DNA of 46,800 bases, filler included, from Catajapyx aquilonaris (Eukaryota), in NCBI GenBank assembly GCA_000934665.2. It is 2 parts of 2 records of this genome, joined end to end, with 100 filler letters (N's around TTAATTAATTAA, not from the genome) between each part and the next. Parts side by side here need not be neighbours in the genome. Positions count along the whole stretch, not along the records: positions 23,457 to 46,800 come from JYFJ02005699.1; 1 more part is not named here. One strand, given 5' to 3'. Below are positions 38,800 through 46,800 of this stretch, one piece after another (positions within the stretch are counted from its first letter, which is position 1; every line of letters starts with the position of its first letter). The position numbers and the translations under genes are program-made. The notes under the pieces are model-generated. The model worked only from the letters and a program-made list of their open reading frames with translations. It did not search any database and was not told the origin of the DNA.

Positions 38800-40520
38800 A
38801 GCCTAATTTGTCGGGTTCAATTTATTGGTAAGTTTTGCGGGGTTCGATAATTGTTGCTCATTTTTGGGAGCCTCAATTGTTGTTAATTATTGGGCTTAAA
38901 TTCTTGCTCCGTTTTGTTGGGTTCAATTGTTGTTAATTCTTAGGGGTTTAATTACTGCAAAAAAAAAATTGGGACCAAATGTAGCTAATTTTGGGCGGTT
39001 CAATTGTTGCTAATTCCTTGGGATCAATCATTGTTGCTAATTTTTGGGGTCAATTACTGCTTAATTGTTATGTGATCAATTGTTGTCGATTCGTAGGGGT
39101 TGAATTACTGCAATTTTTTTTTTGCATCGAACGTAGCTAATTTTTGGAGGGGGTTTGCTAATTTCTTTGGGTCATTTATTGTTGCTAATTTTTGGCCCGC
39201 AATTACTGTCTTTTTTTTGCGGATCTATATTGTTGTTAATTCTTATGGGTTTAATTACTGCTATTTTTTGGGGGGGATCAAACGTAGCTAATTTTGTGCG
39301 GGATCAATTGTTGCTAATTTTTTGGGGCGGTTCAATTGTTGTTAATGTCTTGGAATCAGTTATTATTGTTGCCAATATTTAATAATACAGGGTGCTCAAA
39401 AACTCGCGGAAAGTGGCCACGTGTAGCCTTGCTAGGACTGGCAACACTAATATAGGGATGTGGAAGTAGTTTCGGGCTAACTTGCATAGTTGTTTTTTTT
39501 TTGCGTACGACGACCTTCGGAAGTTTCATGACGTCACATCCGCCTTGAGGCCCCCATTGCGTCATCATACATGTTGTTGTGGCTGTTGCCATTGGCACCG
39601 ATTATTGTTGCGAATATTGTCAAATGTGATTGTTGAGAAATAAACAACGAAATGCGAGAAACTTCGGAACGCAGGAAAAGTCGACACCTCAATTGCCAGA
39701 CTGAAATCGTTTGTTTATTTCTCAACAGTCGCAGTTGACCCTACTCGCAACAATAATCGGTGCCAATGGCAACAGCCACAACAACATGTATACATTTTGT
39801 GAACTCCCCCCGGGTGGTTAGTCTCAAGGAATCCCACCCGAAACGAAGCCAGAGATGACCCCCCAACTCTGCACGAGATGAAGGGGCTCGGTATCGAACC
39901 CGGGACCCTTTTACATCTGTGGGCGCAATCATTACCGCAGCACCACTTCACCTCCCTATTGTTGCCAATATTTGTGGGCTCAATTACTTCTTATTTTTTT
40001 TGGTATCAACTGCTATTAATTATTCGACGTTTAATTAACTGCAAATGTTTTGGCATCAAACGTAGCTCATTTTTGGGGGGGGGGCTGGCGGGCGGTTCAA
40101 TTGTTGCTAATTTCTTGGGATCAATCATTGTTGCTAATTTTTGGTGCTCAATTACTGCTTTTTTTTTGGGGGGGGGGGGNATTGTTGTTAATTCTTAGGG
40201 GTTTAATTACTGGTTTTAAAAAATAATTGCATCAAACGTAGCAGGATTGCTAATTTTTTTTGGGCGGTTCAATTGTTGTTAATTTCTTGTGATCAATTTA
40301 TTGTTGCTAATTTTTGGGGGGGATCAACTGTTATTGATTTTTAGGGGTTTAATTACTGTGAAAAAAAATTTTTTTTAAATTTTTTTATTTTTTTTGTAAT
40401 TGTTTAAATTTTTAATTTAATTTTAATTTTAAAGAAATTTTAGCTAATTGGGGGTGGGGGTGGGGGTTTCAATCACTGCTAATTTTTGTGTGGCTAAATT
40501 GTTGTTAATTAATGGGCTGA
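38800..40520. repeat. Degenerate satellite-like array (GGTTCAATTGTTGCTAATTTTT family), interrupted by a SINE
   Basis: Dozens of TCAATTGTTG(C/T)TAATT, TTAATTACTGC and AACGTAGCTAATT variants on both sides of 39381-39956; boundaries approximate. Confidence 0.8.
39381..39956 (-). mobile_element. tRNA-derived SINE-like retroposon, 576 bp
   Basis: 17-bp TSD TATTGTTGCCAATATTT (39364-39380, 39957-39973). Minus-strand head has A-box-like TGGTGCTGCGG (39945-39935) and B-box GGTTCGATACC (39900-39890). Short TAT tail. Confidence 0.8.
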
Positions 40521-40984
40521 TTAGTGATTGTTGGTAATTAATTATTATTATTTTTTAAAAGTTATGTTCAAACTGGCGCAATTTTTTTTGTAGTTTGTTA
40601 CATTCCCGTCCAGATGTCGCTGCTATCCAATCCATCGATTGTGTTATATATTTTTGAAAAAAAAAAACGGACACGTGCTTTTCCCCATCATTTGAACTTC
40701 CTACAACTGGTCTTACTTCAATTGCGTCAATTGCGGGGTAATTATCGTGTTTTTTTAAGTGAAATAATTACATTCGAGGTAAGTGAAGGTGTGAGATTGA
40801 TTTGGGAAGTCCACCAGAGGTCATGCTTGTCATTCTTTTGTGCTTAGGCCTTCAGCAGTCAACAAAGGTTAGGCCCAGGTCACAGAGGTCAAAAGGTAGG
40901 TCAATTACCCAATAACTAGACTCCCAATTAAATTGGCATTTGATCAAGTAATGAGCTTTTTTTTTTTGAACACTTAGGCTGAGC

Positions 40985-43318
40985 ATGGATGACCCGAGGC
41001 CAAGGGGTGACTACGAGCCACCTTCAAAGCGAGTCAGGGCTACCGCAGCTACTGAGCCGATGGATCAAATGTGGTCGGGAAAGGTGACGCCCGCGGACCG
41101 CAAGGCAATTCAATCCGTGGTGAAGAACTTGGACAGTACGGACCATGCGAATCGATCCGGGGCTATCAACAAAGCTATTGAGATCATAAACCAAGGCGAT
41201 CCGTGGTTGACGGCCTTGGTTGAATCCGGAGTGGTTCCCAAGCTTGTTAACATACTGGGCCGGAAATCTAGGTATGACCTGTCGTTTGCTTGTGGCGATG
41301 TACGCTGATGTATGTACGTTCCAGTTCTGACATGAAGAAAGTGGTCGAGGCAATCACGTCCATCACCTGCGGGTCAGTCGAGTGCGCCAAGATTGTCCAC
41401 GACGCTAAGGCGGCTCCACTTCTGGCCAGTCTGCTGATCAAAGGAGGTTCCGCCGGATTGTCGGAAATGGTCATCTCGGCTCTTGCCAATGTGTCTGGGT
41501 GGGGATACCTGTCGTTTCCGTTCATGGCTGCGTTCATTGGCCGTCTGGTTCACATAGTCCAACTGCCTTGTTTGAAGGTAATTGATAACTTTATGGCAAC
41601 AACTTGTGCTGACAATTTCCATGCAATTAGGTGGAACTGTTGCGGCCTGTCAGTCAGATTCTGCAGAATCTATCGCCAGACAAGCTGCCTGTCGACACTA
41701 AGATACTGATGCTTCAGGCCGTCAAGAAGCTGCTGCATCACTGGGATTCCCAAGTGATAGGTATGCTACACAGTGGGTACTTGGGTTGTAATTATTCACA
41801 TCGCCGTTATTACAGCCCAGACTTGCGGCATTATCGTCTGCCTCTGCATGAGGAAGCCCAAGTGTCAGGTTGGTAAGGAAATATTGGTGCGGCTCATTCA
41901 CATCTTGGAGTACTTCAATTCCGAGGTGGTGGTTCCGGCTTTGGTTGCTGTGGCGCACATCCTGGCTGAGGACAAGAGTGAGATGTCAGCTGCGGTTAAG
42001 GCTGGAATTTTTCCAGTGTTGAAGAATATGATCGTGGAGGGCAACTCAAACGTGATGCAAGCAGTGGCGGATGTCCTGTATCAATTTTTAGATGAAGGGA
42101 ACGAGTCGCACATTCACGCCATATGGAAATCAGATCTGATCCGTTCACTCATCAAGGCTCTCGGAGAAGTACGATTTGCCATGTTTGTTTGTTATGATTG
42201 TAATTTACCGCATTGCCTTCAAGGACGATCCTGGTTGCCAGATGTCAGCGGCTTCTGCGTTGGTTACGCACCTAAAAAGGGGCACATCGGGATATGTAAA
42301 ACGGGTTTACGACAGTGGAGTCCTTCCACCGCTTTGCCACCTTCTGACCCCAGACAACGAGGCTATGACGAGTGTGATCCAGGAAGGGATTCTCTGCCTC
42401 GTGGAGAAGATCGGAAGAGATAAAATAATACAGGTGTTGCAGGCCACCGGGAAGTTTCAGCAAGTCCAGACGATGTTCACCAAAAGCAATAAGATCAAAC
42501 TCAAGGGCTCGTTAGACACACAGCACTGGACGGTGGGCCAAATTAGCGGCGTAGTCCAGAGTCACAAGAACGAGCCGCAAAGCACACCTACAGACAATGC
42601 TGAAGTCATGATTCAGATTGACTGTTCGTCTCTGGCCGCGAATAAGATCATAAATGTAACCGACTTTGAAACGTACTTGATGGATAACATCGACGGTACT
42701 GCAGAAAACGGCAGCCCCAACCTAGTGAAAATCACTCTCTTGCCCGGTGCCCATTTTTCCAAGCGGTACCTGAAAGTACTGATAATTCGGTACCTGAACA
42801 TGATGGACATTGGCGACCACGTGAAAGTAACCACCACCAACAACGAGGAAGACTACAAGCTTCAGTACATCAAGCAGGAAGGTAAGCAGCCTTCGAAAGA
42901 CACGGTGCAACCAAGCCCCAAACGTGAAGCTCGTAAAAGGAAATTCCACTCACCAAGTCCCCTGATCCCACCTCTGAAAGGGTCTGTGCCGCAGAAAAAA
43001 GCGGATACTTCTCCTGCCAAATCAAAAAGCAGGCGGAGCAGGCAACCGCTAGTGAAGGCACCGAATGTCACAAACTGGACCCTGTATGTTAATTTTTTGT
43101 TTTGTTTATGATATTATTAAAATGCAGTCTGACCATTTTGCCATTTCAGAAACGGGTGGCAAGAAGTTGATCCCGGAAGAGACAAGAAGGTCCAGATGAA
43201 AAGCGTCATACAGGTTCGGAGGAAGTCTCCGAGGAAAAGAGGGAAGGAATCGAAGAAAGAGACTGAAGGAAAATCAAGTAGTCGCACTGTTACATTCAAG
43301 TACATTGAAATTGCCTAA
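40985..43318 (+). CDS. Chimeric protein: divergent importin-alpha ARM repeats + eL22 (RpL22)-like domain + basic SP-rich tail, about 683 aa
   Basis: Exons 40985-41271, 41325-41577, 41631-41760, 41816-42168, 42224-43083, 43150-43318; all GT-AG and phase-consistent; 2052 nt. ARM: LVESGVVPKLVNIL..AITSITCGS..ALANVSG..VVVPAL..SGVLPPLCHLL. eL22-like segment at ~42605-42880: IDCSS..DFETYL..HFSKRYLKVL..YKLQY. Confidence 0.8.
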
Positions 43319-44850
43319 CAATTGTGCGGATGTGTTCAAATGTCTTGTGTTCAAATATCTGGTACAATTCGTTGTTTGTAAGAGAATCCCCCAGCATTTA
43401 TTTCTTTAAAAGTTTCATAACATTTTTTGACTACCTGAAATGTGCCATAAGCTGACTCGTCAAGTACAAATATGTATTAATTACATTGCTGCAGTACTTT
43501 TGATATCTCAGGTGACTTGGAGTGATTATTGTGTTGTATAATTTATATTTTTGTCAGTAACGAAAAGAAGAGAACGAATAGGGAAAAAAAATCATGCATG
43601 TAGTACTCTCCTATATTGCGACATGTGCTCTTATTTTTTTTGTGATGAAAAGAAAGGATAATCATATTTAAAAGTAATTAAAATTTATGAATCTCAGAGT
43701 TCCTTCAGATATTGTTATTGTTACATTATAATCAAAATTAGTGTGGTCATGTGCAATGCGTGAAGTTGTGATCCTAACGACATCTGTACATTCCTCAGAA
43801 GATGCGTATGAATATTATGATATATAATAATATGCTCTACTGTTTTGCCACTTCCATTCCCTCGGTATGGTTTTTCAGATTTTTAAATGCAAGAGTGAGG
43901 CTGGTCCCGTCACATCTGGACGGACGTAACGTATCCTTTTTGTTTGTAATGCATTTTACCGACTTGTACGTAAAACTGATATTTTTTTGCAGAATGTCTT
44001 CGGCGCCGAAATTATCGGAACCACTGTTTTAGACTGACTGCAACCCAGTCACACTGATTGTTGGATAAGTGGAGTCAAATGCAAGCTTTGAAGTGAAGCC
44101 CCCGCAACTCTCTATCTAGCCCGTGTTGACGGTTGTTGAATATAAAAGTCTCCCCCAGCCTTAAATTTGGATCTGGAACCGGCCTCAATGGCATGTTGTG
44201 GTTTGGGTTGGTTCAGGCGTCTGCGAGCGGCCGCCACAACCACAACATCCGGTTTACTATACAGTATAGACAACACCCCCGTGATAGCAGGTGATAGGTT
44301 CTATTGGGCATTTTAGGGGAGCGTAATATTTTAATAACCGACTTTAATCATTCGCTTACACTGACTGATTTTAATTGTGCGGAGAGAACCCATGGAAAGT
44401 TTATGCGCATATCCTCTGTCCGATCTTCGCCAGCGTACTCCACATTAATTGTTCAGCACCAGAATGACACGCTTTTCATAAAATAAATTATCATTTGCAG
44501 CGAAATAATACACCCCATTATGTAGTCATAAACAGCAATTTTTTTCATAGACAAAAAAGATAAATAACATTTTCCTCGCTCCTCTTACGAACAGACTGGT
44601 TTGCTTCTCAAGGCTTGTTACTTTGCCCTATCCACCCACAAAATTTAAAGACGATCGGTTGGAATCTCGCGATTTGACCTCTGCACCGTGGGAAATGGGT
44701 CATAGGGTCATGTGGGGCTAGTTTTTCTTTTTTGTTGTTGTCGAGGAATGAAAACCCACCTAGGGCGACCAAAAAAATCATGTCGATTTTTTCTCGTTCC
44801 CTGCTTCCAATTTGACAGCTCACAATATATGCTTGTACATATAACTATCC

Positions 44851-44851
<1 letters not shown>

Positions 44852-44912
<61 letters not shown>
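44852..44912. repeat. (AAT)n microsatellite
   Basis: About 20 perfect AAT units; a shorter run lies near 45295-45322. Confidence 0.95.
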
Positions 44913-45509
44913 GCGGTATTTCCAATTCGGCATTGCGTGTGGAGATGTGATTTTAGAGGTCAATGGAATTAAGTAAGGAGACAGACTGTTTTAATTACTC
45001 ACAAATTGCGCGATTGCGTCCTGACTAAATAACCTTTTTCGCGGCGCACATTTTTTTTCTCAATTTTCGATAACTACGTTCGTCTGATGGGCAATATTGA
45101 TGTAACATAATGCAATAGTTATTATTATTGGCTAAGGAATCAAGGGCAGTTGGCCTCGATTTGGATTTTGGATAAGGACGAAGGTCACTCCAAGCAGGAA
45201 AAAAGACGAGTCCCCTTGACAGGTATACACGCGCCAGCAGAGAGGGGCAGGTGTATAAACACGTGTCCCCATCTGATCTGCACCATATACAAGCATAATA
45301 ATAATAATAATAATAATAATAATCAGCCAGTCCAATTGGCCTCCCAATTAGACCCACCACTCGGGATGACAAGGACAAACTCTGGCAGCTTTATCTCTGC
45401 CTCAGTCTTTCGGCTGCCTTTGACCTGAACACTTCGGGGAAGAGGAGGATTGGACTGGGAATACTGCACCTTCACTCACACAACTCGTATCATGTTGCGA
45501 AGGATGTTA

Positions 45510-45670
45510 CGAGTCGTTTTTACGAAGGATTGATTTTACGAGTGCTTTTACGAGTGATTTTTACGAAGGATTGATTTTACGAGTGGTTTTACGAAGGATT
45601 TTACGAGTGCTTTTACGAGGGATTTTACGAAGGATTTTACAGGTGGTTTTTACGAAGGATTGATTTTACG
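45510..45670. repeat. Short tandem repeat of TTTTACGA(AGGA/GTG) units
   Basis: Repeated TTTTACGAAGGATTGA and TTTTACGAGTG motifs; also three CCCCATTTTG units at ~45791-45826. Confidence 0.85.
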
Positions 45671-46800
45671 AATGGTGGTGTTCGCCCTGGGGCCAGTGTA
45701 TGGATGATTGTAGTGTGTGGTGATGGTGACGTGTGGTTTTGTGTTTCACGTGCTGTGAATTTGGTGAATACTAATCAAAGGTTTGCAAACCCCCATTTTG
45801 CTCCCCCATTTTGCTCCCCCATTTTGATGCTGTCTAATTTTGCGTTCCAATTGTTATCAGTTGCAGGATGATGCAGGAAAGGACTTGGCTTTTGGCCTGC
45901 TCGATTTTATTGCTGGAGATTTGCAGAGAATGCGAATGTGGTTTTTGCTGTTTGATATAGTGCTCATCAATTTCAGGTGGATGGCAGGATTGGATTGATT
46001 GGGAGGAAATAGCTTGGCGGTTTGATGCATCATGGACATCACCTGAACCTGATACTTGCAGATGTCTCAGTAATAATTGGCAATTGATTTTAATGGAAGT
46101 GGATAGGAAGGGTGAAGCTGGCTGGAGAGGTCTAAGGGTCACTGCGCCATCCCCACCTCATGTCCAGTCTGGATTGAAATGGTTGCCTGGGATCCAGCCA
46201 TGGCAAGAGTAGGCCTTCCCAGTCAAGGCAGTGGGAACAGCTGGCGGCCATTTGCCTGGGCAGTAGTGATGCTGACAATGACAAGACGTATCGACCTATT
46301 CTTTCTGTATTTGCGGCGTTCTAGTCTTGCTATCATACTAGGATGGTGATAATGCAGTGCGATTTTACTTGTGACATGCACAGACGTTCTTAGGACAATT
46401 GATGGTTTATCAAAGTGCACTGGTGAAAAAATGAGGTACCATCTGACATTGGCGTAAGATTTGGAAATAGTAAATTTTACATTTGAAAAATCGGATGAAA
46501 TTGAAATGCAGTTAATTTCTAGTTTCATCATTCATGGAGTAAAATGATCTTTATTTTGGGAGATACTTGCAGTCTTATAGTCAAGTGCTGCAAAATTTTT
46601 GGACAGCATGGAAACATTGCATTTCCATTTCACATTTATAATTTCAACAAGTGATGTAATGAAGTAATTGCTGCATTCAATAATTCAGGACTTGAGTTTG
46701 ACTTACAACCATTTTGAAATTTTTTCCTCCATTGTAATTGAATGTTACGCTCATTTACAAAGTGAATGTACTTGCCTTTAGTTATTGTGGTTTGGCACAT

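Noticed and set aside
39880..39956. Functional tRNA gene
   Set aside because: A/B boxes are present, but I could not build a convincing cloverleaf and it is the head of a TSD-flanked element.
41499..41557. Possible intron at GG|GTGGGG...CACATAG in the ARM gene
   Set aside because: Read-through keeps the frame and the expected ARM spacing, and removing these 59 nt would shift the frame relative to the 41577 donor.
45834..46531. Two ~100-aa minus-strand ORFs near the window end
   Set aside because: No recognisable motif, and the frames I checked contain stops; possibly a degraded transposon but unsupported.

Overview
Eukaryotic genomic DNA, very probably arthropod (flightin-type WYR proteins, a PDZ+MTED-type Efa6, a BTB-zinc-finger gene, many 51-59 nt introns). 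I reconstructed six complete spliced or single-exon genes by hand: (1) an intronless LRR protein with a BC-box-like N-terminus; (2,3) two co-oriented flightin/miniparamyosin-type WYR-domain genes; (4) an MpaB/DUF2236-type oxygenase-like gene; (5) a BTB + five C2H2 zinc-finger gene; (6) an apparent chimeric gene fusing a degenerate importin-alpha armadillo array in frame to a ribosomal protein eL22 (RpL22)-like domain and a basic SP-rich tail. Efa6/PSD (PDZ-MTED-Sec7-PH) is present but 5'-incomplete, and there is a possible gene fragment cut by a 100-nt assembly spacer (N44-TTAATTAATTAA-N44). Intergenic DNA holds a hAT-type MITE with an 8-bp TSD, a tRNA-headed SINE with a 17-bp TSD and a long internal fold-back, several small hairpin elements, two abutting perfect palindromes with a shared centre, and mini/microsatellites. 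The most unusual item is the importin-alpha/eL22 fusion, followed by the WYR paralog pair and two inferred GC-AG introns. All homology calls are from remembered family motifs; no searches were run.
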